From: Octopus sinensis
Taxonomy: Eukaryota
Length of the DNA: 64,000 nucleotides
Reading direction: 5' to 3'
Assembly: GCF_006345805.1 (NCBI RefSeq)
Contig: NC_043000.1
Location: 97,030,001-97,094,000 of the forward strand
The translations under genes were made by a program, and so were the position numbers. This document shows, in pieces, positions 1 through 14,182 of the stretch (positions within the stretch are counted from its first letter, which is position 1; each line of letters opens with the position of its first letter). A model generated the notes under the pieces. That model saw only the letters and a program-made list of their open reading frames with translations, did no database searches and was not told where the DNA came from.

Positions 1-138
1 CAAAGGTGAGGATTCTAGATATAAAGTATTTCGTAGATAGATACTCCATATGAATGTCATTTCTATCAAGGCTAGATTCATAGAAGGATTTGAACTTACA
101 AAACCATCATGTTTTTTTTTCTTTTTTCATCTTTTGAC

Positions 139-1115
139 TTTTATGTTCTGAGTTCAAATCCCGCGGAGAACAAATTTATCTTTCATGCTTTTAGGGTCAA
201 TAAAATGAAGTACTAGTTAAATACTAGAGTCGATACAGTCGACTTGTCCCCTCACCTCAAACGTGTTGCCCTATGCCAAAATACCGGTATTTTGTCCGTC
301 TTTTTGTTCTGAGGTCAAATTCCACCGAGATCGACTTCGCCTTTCACCCTTTCCGGCAGATAAAATAAGTAACACTTGAATTCTGGGGTTGATGCACTCG
401 ACTTATCCTTTCCTTCGAAGTTGCTGGTCTTGTGCCAAAATTTGAAGTCATCATCATCATCCTCTTCTTGAACTGGCAGAATTGTTAGTATCAATTCTTC
501 TGAATTCAAATATCAGCAAGGTCAAATTTGCCTTTCAATCTTTGTTGTTTGTTCCTTCTCAAGCCATGTTTTCCTCATAAGGGCCGGTTTCCTGCTTTCA
601 ATGATTTATTGTGAGCTGCTAGATGCAGGAGGCAAGAGTGAGAGAAAGTTGTGGCGAAAGAGTCCGCGGAAGTTCGCCATTACCTGCTGCCTGAGCCGCG
701 TGAGGCTTAGGTGTTTCGCTCAAACACACACATCGCTTGATCTGAGATTCGAACACGCGATCCCTCGACCGCGGGTTCACTGCTCTAACCACTTGGCCAT
801 GTACCTCCACCTTTTCATCTTTCGTGGCCGATAAAATAAAATACACCTCGAGTACTAGAGTCGGTGTAATCGACTAACCCTTACCCTTAAAATTGTTGTG
901 CCAAAATTTGAACCCATAATTAATAATTTCAAAAATGCTCTGACAAGCAGGCGAAATCGTTAGAGCATCAGAAAAATGCCTAAATGTTCGCCCAGGGTCA
1001 AACTTGCCTTTCATCCTTTTGAAGTCTATAAAATAAAGTACCGTTCAAGTACTGAAGTCGGTGGTATCGAGTGACCCACTTCTTACAAAATTGTTAGTCT
1101 TGTGCTTAAATCAGT
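139..1115 (+). mobile_element. Four co-oriented copies of tRNA-derived SINE family A
   Basis: B box GAGTTCAAATYCC, GCCTTTCATCCTTT, GATAAAATAAGTAC, GTCGAT.TAATCGACTT, TGTGCCAAAATTTGAA. Confidence 0.75.
544..810 (-). mobile_element. SINE family C inserted into a family A copy; second copy at 63598-63878 (minus), relative at 18975-19230 (plus)
   Basis: tRNA-like head (TGGCCAAGTGG...GTTCGAATC) and shared CTTTCGCCACAACTTTCTCTCACTCT core. Confidence 0.72.
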
Positions 1116-1519
1116 AACCGTTATTTATTTACTTATCCTTTTTCAAGTTGTGTTCCACATCGGTCTGTGCAACACAAACATTGGACTGTTCAGTAACTTT
1201 ACAGTGTTCCTTTGTGAAGAAGTTGTTATCTCCTTGCTCAATCCTTCAGGTGAAAAGGGGTGCCGTGAGTGATCTCTCACAACCATTAATACGGCGCAAT
1301 TCAACCGATCCTGTGAGAAAAAGAAGAATAGAGAGAAATTCGTACATTCGGTGCTTTTTTTCCCAAGAAATCTAGTGCTTTTAGCTTAGTTTTTCCTTGG
1401 GGCAGGACAGATTGGAGCAATCTAGAGTATAACCAGTCGAAATTGCAAAGAAAACCCGTTCTTGTTTTCTTTGCATCGTCTGTCTGGATGGTTTGCGTTC
1501 TTGTCCCATTTTAGCTTTC

Positions 1520-1793
1520 TATATATATGTATATATGAATGTATATATATGTATATATATAAATGTATATATATATACATATAAATGTATATAGATATAT
1601 GAATGTATATAAATATATATATATAAATGTATGTATATGTATATAAATGTATATATGAATATATATATGTATATACATGAATGTATATAAATATGCATGA
1701 ATGTATATATATATGTATATATGAATGTATATATTTATATATACATGTATGAATCGTATATATATATATATATATACATATATACATATATAT

Positions 1794-1881
<88 letters not shown>

Positions 1882-2133
1882 GAATGTATGTGTATATATA
1901 TATATATATGTTTATATATAAATGTACGTATAAATATATAAATATATATATATATATACATGTATATATAATATACATGAATGTATATATATATATATAT
2001 ATGTATATATGAATGTGTATATGTATATATATGAATGAATTATGTATATATATATATATATAATATATATATATACATATGAATGTATTTATATATGAAT
2101 GTGTATGTATATATATACGCATATATGAATGTG

Positions 2134-2165
<32 letters not shown>
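1520..2165. repeat. Compound (AT)n array with recurring GAATGT interruptions
   Basis: Direct reading. Confidence 0.95.
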
Positions 2166-2173
<8 letters not shown>

Positions 2174-2414
2174 GACGCACATATACACATATCAGTGAAT
2201 GATAAAAACATTGCCGTGAAAACTGAAAAACCGGTGTTTCACGAGCAATGTCCCTTGAGATATATGTTCGCCACCGAATAAGGATATTAAATACTTCCCT
2301 GTCACTCTGGCCGTCAGAAATGTAGCGAACCAATGACTAGCCTATTGAAAAATTGTACTCAATGACACAACTGTTTACAATTTGCAATATGAGTGGGGTG
2401 GAATAGCGAGTCCT

Positions 2415-2870
2415 AACTGACCTACTTCTTGGTTTCAAAGGCCAGTAATATCGGGCGAGAAGATAAGTCGATTACGTCGCTCCACTGGTATTCATTTAAT
2501 CGGGGCTGAATTAATGAAAGGCAAAGTCGACCTCGGCGGAATTTGAATTTGAATTTGGAACGTAAAACCGGACAAAATGCCAGTTCGTCACCTTAATTGT
2601 CCTTATATTGGTTTCCAATTTGTGCATAAGACCAGCAATTTCGAGGTGGATGGGGATAGTCAATGACATTGAACCCAGTATTCAACTGCTACTTATTCTA
2701 TCGACCTCGAAAGGATGACAGGCAAAGATGACCTCGGCAGAATTATCGATCTTGAAAGAAAGACAGGTAAAGTCGGCCTGGGCGGAATTTGAGCTCAGAA
2801 CATAAAGACGGAAGAAGAGCTGCTAAGTATTTTGCCCGGTGTTACAACAATTCTGTCAGGTCTCAGCATA
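2415..2870 (-). mobile_element. SINE family A cluster
   Basis: AAAGGCAAAGTCGACCTCGGCGGAATTTGAA repeats. Confidence 0.7.
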
Positions 2871-3196
2871 CTTTAGTCTTCAAAACGTACATAATCCTAT
2901 TCTCAGACCATTGAAAGAATTAAAATAAAATACAAAGAGGCGGTAGACTTTGAACCTAGTATCGATATGGAGAAAACTAAACATGTACGATAATTTAACC
3001 TTACACTTCTTAATCTACTACTATACTATCTAGTGTAACCTTAAATATTACTTGTAAACGGTTGTACAGCTAAAAGGAAAATGTGCTACTACTTCTAGCA
3101 GGTCATGGTGTTTAGATTAACAATGCTTTTGCTTATCATGGCTTTTGTGTAGCACTTACAACAGTATTACGCGTTTTAATAAATGTATGCATTTGG

Positions 3197-3205
3197 TGTA
3201 TATAT

Positions 3206-3255
<50 letters not shown>

Positions 3256-3273
3256 CACACATATACACACACA

Positions 3274-3352
<79 letters not shown>

Positions 3353-3556
3353 ATATATATACATATGTATATCTATATGTATTTACACTCACACAGATGT
3401 ACATACAGACACATACATACACATACACACATACATACATTCATACATACATATACATACATACATATACATACATACACATACACACATACATACATGC
3501 ACATACATACAGATACACACATAAATACACACACACACACACACACACATATATAT
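3197..3556. repeat. Compound (AT)n/(AC)n/(ACAT)n microsatellite
   Basis: Direct reading. Confidence 0.95.
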
Positions 3557-3899
3557 CAATTGCATAGTGCACAGTTTTGTAAAGCTGCAATTAAAAATTA
3601 ATATGATGTTAAATGCCGCTTTTGCTATGGAACTACAATTACTTTTGTATATACAAGTTTCTTAGCTTAATCATGTGACGTTAGGAAGACTGTATAGACT
3701 AACTAACTGACCTTGTCTGTAATGTAAGCTATTTCTAACGTAAGTGCAGGGATAGATATATAATTAACATTTTCCACCAGGGTTTCTTCGGGGCGTTATT
3801 ATTTTCATGTCCATTTAATTGTTACTGTAGACTATAGAGGACTCTAACTTACATACAGAACTCTAGAACTATAATTCCGCTTTGTTATTTAGTTCTTGT

Positions 3900-4320
3900 A
3901 AGGTGGTGAGTTGGCAGAATCGTTAGCACGCCCAGCAAAATGCTTTGCTATACTTCATCCATCTTTACATTTTAAGTTCAAATTCTACCGACACCGATTC
4001 TACCTTTCATCCTTTCAGAAACGATAAAATAAGTACCATTGGAGACGGTGTAATCGACTTACCCAACTCCCTTACAATTTCTTGCCTTGTGCCAAAGTTC
4101 TATAAATCATTATTTAGTTTGGGTTAAAGGCGGCGAGCTGGCAGGATCGATAATGTGTTGGACAAAATTATTGTTGGCATTTCTTCCGGTTGTTGAAGTT
4201 CTGAGTTCAAATTCCTCTAAAGTCGGCTTTGCCTTTCATTCCTTTAGGGATGAATGAAATAAGTACATATTGTGTACTGGGACCGATGAAAGCGTCATAA
4301 TCCCTCCCACTAAAAATTGC
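3900..4320 (+). mobile_element. Two tandem SINE family A copies
   Basis: AAGGYGGYGAGYTGGCAG heads at ~3901 and ~4127. Confidence 0.75.
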
Positions 4321-4399
4321 TAAAACTTACTTAGTTGTTTTTGTTGTTATTATTGTTGTTGTCCTTGTAATCGTTGTAGAAATGATTTGATCAACAGGA

Positions 4400-4880
4400 A
4401 GATGCTATTATGGCTTTCGCAGGTTGTCTAAGGGCACCGATATTTACACAGTATTTCTCTTAAAAGTCGACGACTGCCGGAAATATGAAAAAAGAAGAGA
4501 AACACACATAGGAAGGCAGTTCCAGAAGTTTGACGTTCTGGGAAGAAGTAGCCGTAGTAATCAGTATTGGACCGGCAGGAGGCAGGGGGAGAATATGAGG
4601 GGCATTAGAAAAAGTTTATCGAGAGTGTCTGAGTGAAGCGATATGAGCTCCAAGAAATAAACATCATTGTGGCAGCGGCTGAAAAGATTCTGACAGAGAG
4701 AGATGGGGAGAGTAGGAGGAAAGGGAGAGGGGAGGAAAGACAAAGGGGAGGAGAATTGTATAAAAGGAAGTACGTCTGTAGGTCAAAGGTTGCTGTGCGT
4801 TTAAGTAGCCTTTCTTTGGACACGGTCTCTTATTTCACGAGAGCAGTAATTCATTTACTCAGTGGTGTCTCACCCAAGCT
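4400..4880 (-). mobile_element. CR1/L2-like LINE 3' fragment
   Basis: FFPRTSNFWNCLP resembles the C-terminal motif of CR1/L2 ORF2. Confidence 0.5.
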
Positions 4881-7559
4881 TTGCAGTGAGTTAGTAGTTA
4901 TTGGAGATGAAGTATTCGTTGTTGATGTTGCTAATGTTATTGTTTAGAGCCAGGACAGCTTTGATCGCGTAGGTCTATGATCAAAGACGTTTCAGAAGTG
5001 ACTATCCTGCCTTTTTCCCAAGATATATTATATCTAGGACAACATTATGCAATGTGATTTTTCTGTTTCTATACTTGACAATAAAACGTGATCTGAAAGT
5101 GGTTGCTATATCTAGTAGATCGAGTAGAACACCGTGTCTGGGTATCTCCTTGGTGGCTGCTACTATACCATACTATTGGTGTTATTTAGAAGACTTTAAA
5201 AAATTGAAATACCAGGTGAATATTTTGGTTCTTTTATTGGTTTTAGTATTCATACATATTTTATCGACTCGGGGGAGAACGAAAGGTAAAGCCATCCGGC
5301 TGTAAAGTATCTTGACTGAGACTGGACAATATACAACAAGGTATTTCCGTTCGACCATGGTATTTTGCAAACCCTACGATGATACACATACATGACACGC
5401 ATAAGTTTTCCCAACAGGGTATAGACTGGACCCTTCGCCAGCCGGAATGAAAGCAAGTGAGAATGAATTTTTCTTCTATAACGAACCAACTATCACCCAC
5501 GGACGCACATGGTTTAATAACATGTACCATGCTCTTGCTAATTGTTTCTGGTGATAATATAATCACAAGTATTAACAAACACACTATTTACGCAGCGGCA
5601 TATCTAGGGAGTCAGTAAGAGCTGCACCAGCACTCAACAAGTACTCATTTTCAGTTGAGTAAACTGGTTCAGCGTGAAATGAAATACTTTGTATAAGGAG
5701 ACAATGCGCCATTCGACATTATAATGAAAAGCCGAGCAGCCTAGCCATTATATTATGCGCCTTCACTTACTACACATACACACACGTATGTATGTATTTA
5801 TGTATGTATGTATAAGAGAATGTATGATGTTGCACATAGCTGAAATCATGCAGAGGACCACACCTTTTCATGGAGAATGGCAAATCAATTGTGAAAATAG
5901 TAGCTATAAGAAATTTTAGATCTTTCTGACACTTTCTATAAACCTGTCCACAACCAGGTCGATTCAAGCCATAGTGGAAGATAGAAGACACTTGCTTTAA
6001 GAGTTGCGCAATATGGTCAAACCTGGAACCTTACCATTGCGAAGTGAACTTCTCGAACAGTGTTTTTGTTGTGTGTGTTTTAATGAATGCTGCAGCTTTT
6101 CTAAACTGAATAATTCTTCGTCTAAAATTGGTCATTTACGGTGTCAGTTCATGCCTTTCTTTTTCGGATTCCAATTTAAAGTTCTTAAGTGTTATTGAAA
6201 TCGATTTTTCTCTGATGTCGAAATTACGCTTGTATTTCAGACATGTTTAGTGCTGTTATGTCTTAATTGATGTCAACCGGAGATTTCGTGTAGAAAAGTT
6301 TGAAATCACGAAGGTAAAATAAAAAGAAAATAGTAGACGAGATTTTTAAGAAAATTAGTAAAGATTGTACAATCGTCTCTTCCATTTATATTAAATTCGT
6401 CGTGTTTATCAAGCGAAGGTTTCTTATATTACTGGACAGTAGTTCAAATCAATAATACATACATCGCTGTTTCTCGGGCGAGATACTTTATATTACGTTT
6501 TCGCAGTTACAATCCATAACTATGCGGAAATAAGTAGTGCTGTGTTAACCTACCAGCGAGAGTGCCATATGCTACGGGTTTGCACTAAATGCTTTGTTGC
6601 GATATTATTGCATTACCGCAGGGTAACGAGCTGGTTGGGTCGTTAGCACTTAAGACCATATGTTTAGCGGCATTTCTTCCTGATTTGTACGTTCTGACCT
6701 CAAATTCAGCCGAAGCCGACATTTTTTTTTTTTTTGTTATCTTTCCGGGGTCGATAAAATAAATACCAATCGAGCAACGGGGTCGATGTAATCGACTGTC
6801 ACTCTCCCCACAATATTTCAAGCCTTGTGCATATAGAATGATTATTACACTGCTCTTAACTTTTATGAATGAGTGAATATTTAATGTTGATCCAATGCTC
6901 GGAATACTTCTGAAATCCAATATACTTTAAAATTTTGCAAATTACAATAAGCGAAATCAATGGCAACGGTATATGGGCAGCCTTAAATTATTTTTGTTGG
7001 TTGCTAATTAATAGACTTGCAATCCTCTCTCTCAATTCCGTTGCATTAAATTCGTTCGTTCAATAATTGAGTTAAATTATCATTTTTCTCATTTCTCGGT
7101 TGAGCGAATCAAAGACGGCTTCCCCATTAAATCAAATCGGGATTTTTAAACACTTAAGAAAGATTTTAGCGTGTGCAGTTTCTAATTTAACCTTACAATT
7201 AATATTGTTACGTTTCAACGTGAGACCACAAAACACAAATTAACTTAGATTTGGATTGTGCATGAGGAGAGAATATTGAATTTGGTCATTTTATTATGTA
7301 GCGAGTACCTGATGCAGTTATAATAACTGTATCCCAGTGACTCAAACATAGACAATCAAACTAGTAGTTTTTGGGGGTTTTTTTTCAATAATCGTCATTT
7401 ATTTGACTGGCTAGCGTCAACAGACGTCCCTACGTTATCAACCTTCATTACACTTTCAGTACAAATCAACCGCCTTATCTAGCCACACGGATTGTACGGT
7501 ATCAGATGTCAGGCCAACCAGCTCATGCACCTACTTCCTCAACTGAAGTACATATGTCA

Positions 7560-8000
7560 TCACCATTCAGACCAACCGCCAGCTTACAGTAATATTGTTG
7601 AGGAGTTTACCAAATGGAAATTGTTTGTAGCGCTCAAAAGGGCATGCAGCTCAGCTCAGATTGGCAAAGCCATTTGCGATAGTCCAGAGACGCGGTGCCA
7701 GGTTATCGGTTGACCTATTGAAGTTACTCGTAAATGTTTCTAGCAGTCAAAGCAGTTATAAGCTCAACAAACTTAGCAGTGATGGAGATCTGACCTGGTA
7801 TGAAGTGATTTATAAAGCAGCGATGAAAAGTAGACTAGCTATAAAAATATCAATTCAAATACAGCTTTTACTGGCATCTAAAATACCAACATATAAACCT
7901 GCGGCCAATTCAGTTGCTTATGCGTCAGCTCAGCAGGTGCAGCGCAACTCACACAGGAACTATCATGGGTTCACCGGACCTCTTATTCTCATTAACCGAG
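7560..8000 (+). mobile_element. Possible very old LINE RT fragment
   Basis: EEFTKWKLFVALKRACSSA and LRPIQLL resemble RT N-terminal motifs, but motif order and frames are inconsistent. Confidence 0.28.
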
Positions 8001-9234
8001 ATACCCTGCATCGCCGTATCCAACTCAACCACATTTGAACTCAAGGCTCAAAAAGACGTAACTAAATGCAGCAAGTTATTTTATCAGACGTTCTAGTTAT
8101 TTTTCCAATCCACTGCCTTGTGGTGAACAGATTTCCTCACCCGTCCTCAATTAGAATATTATACTTACAGTTTGAAATAAATCAGATAAAATGAACTGTC
8201 ATATGAATCCAGAATATTTTTTTAAATATCCAAGGTGGCCTTGTGTGTGTTTGTGTGTGTGTATGTGTGTGTGTGTATGAATGCTCATGACTCAATAGTC
8301 TTAGCGCCGAGCTCATAATCACCGATGCCAAGCTGTATCGGCCTTTGCCATTTCGCCTTTCCCTTGGATAACATTAGTGGCGTTGAGAGGGAAGACTAGT
8401 ATGCATGGGCGACTGCTGGTGTTACTTAACCTCGGGGGATAACTTTCTAGGCGCAATCTCATGATCGTTCATGTGAGTTTAGAGGGATATATTATTCGGA
8501 CGGATACCGTGGTAGCTCTCAGTTATGTTCCAGGTTTCGGGTAACTGCATCAATTAGTACTGAACTACTTGAAGTTGTCATACACGCAGAAATTTCTCCG
8601 ATGAGTAATTTTGTGTTCGCTTCTCTGAATGGTAATATTGTTATGGAGTGTATATTAGCAATTACTATAACGATAGAGAAATACGGAGACTGATACATCT
8701 TCAAAATTCATCTGCGTCCATGACTTTATATATTTTTTTCAATGCCTCTGAAACCAATGAGAAAATTAAATGAGAATTCAAAGAGTCGGAGCAAATACTA
8801 TATTGATAATGCTTTAACAATGCCACCAGTCTATTGTTTAAGTAACATTGTAGAGATAAAAATGATAGAAAGTTCTTGCCATTTAAATTTGACATTTATT
8901 TTAACTTCAGTTTTCTTCCTGTTGAAATACACTTCCTTTGTTTCAATTAATTTTGAAAATAATGAAGAATATAGAAAAATAACTACATTACGAAGATGAT
9001 GTTTGGAGCATAAATTAACGAGAAATTTTAATGGAAAGTTTTAATTTAGATTGCTTTAAAACATAACATTTGTATAGTAGAACCAGAGCAGTCTCAAGCG
9101 AGTTGGTATCAACAGGGACACAGGAGTAGATTTGATATGTTATATCCACCCACAGTAATTCTACGTGCGCGCGCGCGGATTTGGGTTGGTGTGCGCCCGC
9201 CTGCTATGTGCCTATTAGAAATTATTGTTCGGGA

Positions 9235-10065
9235 AGAAAGTGAGTTATAGAATAGCGTCGAACAAAATGCATCGTGACATTTAATTAGCTCGTTAATGTT
9301 TCGAGTTCAAATTCTTCCGAGATCGACTTTACTTCTCACCCTTTCAGGGTTGATAAAGCATAAAGTGAAGTATCATCCAAGTAATGATATTAGGTTAAAT
9401 CTTCTACATTCATTCTATATGTTTATGAATTTAGGATAATATTAAAAGTAGTTAAGACGGTGAGCTGGCAGAATTGTTAACGTGACGAGCAAAAGTGTTT
9501 AGCGGCATTTCGTCAGTCTTTAAGTTCCGAATTCAAATTCTTTCGAATTCTACTTCGCCTTTCATCCTTTTGAAGTCGATAAAATATGTAACATTTGAGC
9601 ACTGTCGTCGATGTGATCGACTTACTCCTTCACTGACCGTGTACCCAGATTTGAAACCAATATTAAGACGGCGTGCTGGCAGAATCGTTAGCACGCCGGC
9701 CAAAATGCTTAGTCCGTCGCTATGTTTAAATTCTACTGAGGTCGATTTTACTTTTCTTCCTTTCGGGATCGATAAAATAAGTACATGTTGAGCATGGGGT
9801 CTGTAATCGACTTACTCCTTCCCTCAGTAATTTTACTGGCCTTACGCCAAAATTGAAACCAATAATAAAAGTCATTATTAGAGACAGCGAAAGCAAAATG
9901 TTTAGCGAACAGGCCAAGCCATGTCCGTCTACATTAAAAATTCAAATGCCTTCAAGATTCGTTTTAATTTTCAACCTGTTTAGGTCGATAAAATAACGTA
10001 CCACTCGTTAAATATTGCTTAAAACGGCAATGCTCCTCACCCTAAATGTATGGCCCACTACCTAA
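9235..10065 (+). mobile_element. Four head-to-tail SINE family A copies
   Basis: Junction TTTGAAACC-AATATT-AAGACGGCG at ~9651-9673. Confidence 0.75.
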
Positions 10066-12233
10066 GTTTAAAAATCCTCATAATGGACCTAGAGTCTATT
10101 TTACTTATTTATTGTTTCTTTCTTTTTGAAGTTAATTTATTTTCTAGTGATATCGTATACGAGAACACTTCACTTACATATTCGAAAAAATATTCTTTTG
10201 ATCTATACATATTCTGCTAATCCTTCTGGGTTGGAATTTTCTGCCCCACTATTTAATTACGATTACAAAGTCTGCTTTGATGATTTGGGAGTGGAAACTT
10301 GTAACTCATTAAAGACTCCTGATAGCCTAAAAGAAAACCAAAGGAAGAAAAACAAAAACAAAAAAGTGCGGTTCACAGAATTCCAAGATGCTGTAGTTAC
10401 AAAAAGATTTTGCAATTTGGCATCTGTCGCTTATAATGTAGTGAAGAGGAAAAGAAATCTTCTTAAGTTGCTAACAGATATGAAATTTGTGACTCATCCA
10501 TCGTAATCTTGGATTAGACACACGAAATGGGTCTTAACCAAACAAGCTCTGAACAGTAGATATCTTCCTACAGCATACTATTGTGATATCAAAAAGACCA
10601 CCACTATGAAATATATGCTACGTGTTCAAATATAATTACACACACACACACATACACACACACATATATATATATATACATACATATATATGTAAGTATG
10701 TACATATATGTATGTATGCATATATTTATATATTATTTATATTATAATATATATAGCATAAACAAACAGATATTTATACAAGCTTGGACATGCTTAAATA
10801 TTTGACTTCAAAAACAGAGATTACTGCAGTATGTGTCCATATATATATATATATATATATATATTTAGACATGCATACTAGCGCTAACGTACTATATAAA
10901 GATAGCATATATCGTATTGACTGGGTTTCCAACAGAGTATGAGAAACATGTTATGCATGTGAGTATGTATCTATATATGTACCTCCCTCTCCGTTTCTCT
11001 CTCTCTCTCACTCTCTCTTTCTCACTGTATATATATATTAAGCACCTTTACACACACACGTATGCACAGCAGAATGTGTGTGTCTACATGCGTATATGTA
11101 TGCGTTGATATAAACATGTATGTATGAATGTATGCATGTATGTATGTATGTACGTACGTCTCTCTCCATGAATCCGTGTAAGTAGTCTTCCTTTTCGTGA
11201 AAGATCACTGAGCACTATTATCTTACAAAACAAGTTGCTGGGGGTTCGATATAATCAAATAAAACTCTTGAAAGATATGCCCTCACATGACCAAACTTTA
11301 TTGATTGAAACCAATCATTAAAAAAAGAAAGGAAGGAAAAGAAAGTTAAAAAGTTCTTTGCTTCGTGATTTTAAAACTTTTCTAGGCGAAGTCTTCGGTT
11401 GACATCAATTAAGATTTAATAGAACTAAACATGTCTGAAATACAAACGTAATTTCGACATCACACAAAACAAATTTCAATAACGTTAAAGAATTTTATTT
11501 GGAATCTGACAAAGAACTACAAGAACTGACATCGTAAAAGGCTAATTTAAGATGTTGAAGAAATATTCGGCCAAGGAAAGCTAGAAACATTCGTATAAGT
11601 GAAAAAAGAAAGAGGAAAAGAAATAGAGAAAAAGGAGAAAAAATAAAGAACTGATTTATTTATTGCATAGCATAGCATCAAAGAGCTCGGCAGTAAGATC
11701 CGATGTGTATAATTATATGCTTAGTTATATAATATAAACGAAGAATCTTCATATGGACACGAAACAGATTTATTCTTATACACAAACTGATAGAGAGATC
11801 TGCGATGTATACCTACTTGTATATAATTATAATATAGGAATATGCATTGACATATATCCATACATATATACATCGATATAGATGCATATATATATATATA
11901 TACATTATCATATATACATATATATATATGTATATATGTGCGTGTGTACGTAGGTATTCGCATACATATGTATCTGTATATCTATATGTATATGTATATG
12001 TGTGTGTATATATACATATATATGTGTCTATACATATACATATTTGTGTATATATATATATAATATATATATATTATATATATATATATATTATATATAT
12101 ATATAGACACACCATATATGCATGTATGCAGTATGTATGCACTTATTCAGAAAGAGACACAGAGACAGAGAGAAATAGGCAGAATATAAATATATTATAT
12201 ATACTGTGCTGTGTGGTGTGTATAAAGATAGGG

Positions 12234-12291
<58 letters not shown>

Positions 12292-12420
12292 AAAGTGAAA
12301 TCCATTTAGGAAGTGTTTATGTGCCTGGACATATAATTTTAGCTGAAATTACTCTCTCTTCTAAAATAAGATGCATGTGTGTGTTTGGGGGGTGTGTGTT
12401 TGTGCGTATGGCGTTGTTTG

Positions 12421-12452
<32 letters not shown>

Positions 12453-12874
12453 ATATGTGTGTGTGTGGGTGTGTGTATATATATATATACTTAAGCCTAC
12501 GCACGTATGTGTGTCCATATATATACGCGGGTGTTTATGAATGTACATTAGATATTTAGAAATATCATGAGCAATAACAATGAGGACGTGCTGTTGTTGG
12601 ATGAGTAAGTGTGATAAGTTATACATCACACATGATCCCAATATACGATGTCTATAAAATATTTTATGACACTAGATACCTAATCTTATCCTATATATAG
12701 TCGCATTTTATTAATTTTGTGTTTATCATTCTTTAGATATTTTTATTTTATTTTTATTATATATAATTTTCCGTTGTATTATCTATTTTGTGGAGAATAT
12801 CATTAGTTATATACAAATATATAAGCATATATACATTTATTTAGGCGTGTACATGAATGTATATATATATATAT

Positions 12875-13637
12875 AATAGAAATATTAAAATAACTAAGTC
12901 TCTCTAAAAGAGAACAGCGGCAGCGTTCCCGGAAAATAATAGTTATCGCCATACTAATATGGCATTCTTATAAAAATAAGAAAAAAAATAAGAAAAAAGC
13001 TGTCCGCTTATTAGCTCCATGAGGCCATCGCCTTAAGTTAGCTATTTGATACACACAACTGTATCCATATAACCTTCGAACAAGGAGGTCAGTCGCTCCA
13101 CACTACTTGACGGCAGCTACAGACGCGTTTCGGGGTATTGCCCCTTTTCAATGCAGCGTAGCCAGCCAGTAGGTGTCGCTTCCGACAATCTCTGTTCGAT
13201 GGTTTTATTTACCTAGTTTCGGTGGAATACATCCACTTGTTTTCAATAATAGAAATATTAAAATAACTAAGTCTCTCTAAAAGAGAACAGCGGCAGCGTT
13301 CCCGGAAAATATAGTTATCGCCATACTAATATGGCATTCTTATAAAAATAAGAAAAAAGCTGTCCGCTTATTAGCTCCATGGGCCATCGCCTTAAGTTAG
13401 CTATTTGATACACAAACTGTATCCATATAACGCTGCATTGAAAGGGCAATACCCGAAACGCGTCTGTAGCTGCCGGTCAAGTAGTGTGGAGCGACTGACC
13501 TCCCTTGTTCGAAGGTTATATGGATACAGTTTGTGTATCAAATAGCTAACTTAAGGCGATGGCCTCATGGAGCTAATAAGCGGACAGCTTTTTTCTTATT
13601 TTTATAAGAATGCCATATTAGTATGGCGATAACTATT
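12875..13637. repeat. ORF-less tandem + inverted array of a ~370 bp PLE-type pLTR
   Basis: 12875-13072 is repeated at 13248-13430. 13431-13637 is the reverse complement of ~12940-13158. Hammerhead-like motifs at 13116-13162 (minus) and 13431-13470 (plus). Confidence 0.75.
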
Positions 13638-14182
13638 ATATATATATATAATATATATATACATGCACATTGTGTATAAATGTGTATGTGTATATGTATG
13701 TTCTATATGTATAGGTTTGCACATACACACGCGCACTCATAGTATACAAATACACAAGCAAGTATGCATGAGGTACACATGATAATACATGACAAACGTT
13801 ACAACTGAAGCAACAAACGCAAATTGAGCCCTCATCAGCTGTCTAAGGAAAAATAGGTTTCGATATCTGAGACAGAACTATGTTCCTTAGTAATTAACGA
13901 CATTGAATGTGATTGTAAGACAACAGACAGCAACATCGAGGCAAAAACTACAAAATGGAGTTTTGGTAAGAATAAAACAAAAATACAGGAAAGGATATTT
14001 GGTTAAGATTAGTCACTAGGAAAAGAATATGAAAAACGTATAGGCTTACTTATAATAAAATTAAATAAAACAAGGTTGTTTTTACGATAAAATGAAAACA
14101 AAATATACGTCAAAGAGGAAGAAAACACATGTAAGTATTGGACGAAAACCTTTGACAAATAATAGAAAAGATATTTGTACTA

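Noticed and set aside
1422-3601. Long YI/HT/CV-rich ORFs (also at 11.8, 48.5, 51.7, 53.5, 56.1 and 62.3 kb)
   Set aside because: Translations of (AT)n, (AC)n and (ACAT)n microsatellites, which lack stop codons.
12875-13637. CRISPR-like or satellite interpretation of the direct repeats
   Set aside because: No repeat-spacer periodicity, the context is eukaryotic, and the structure fits PLE pLTR duplication and inversion.
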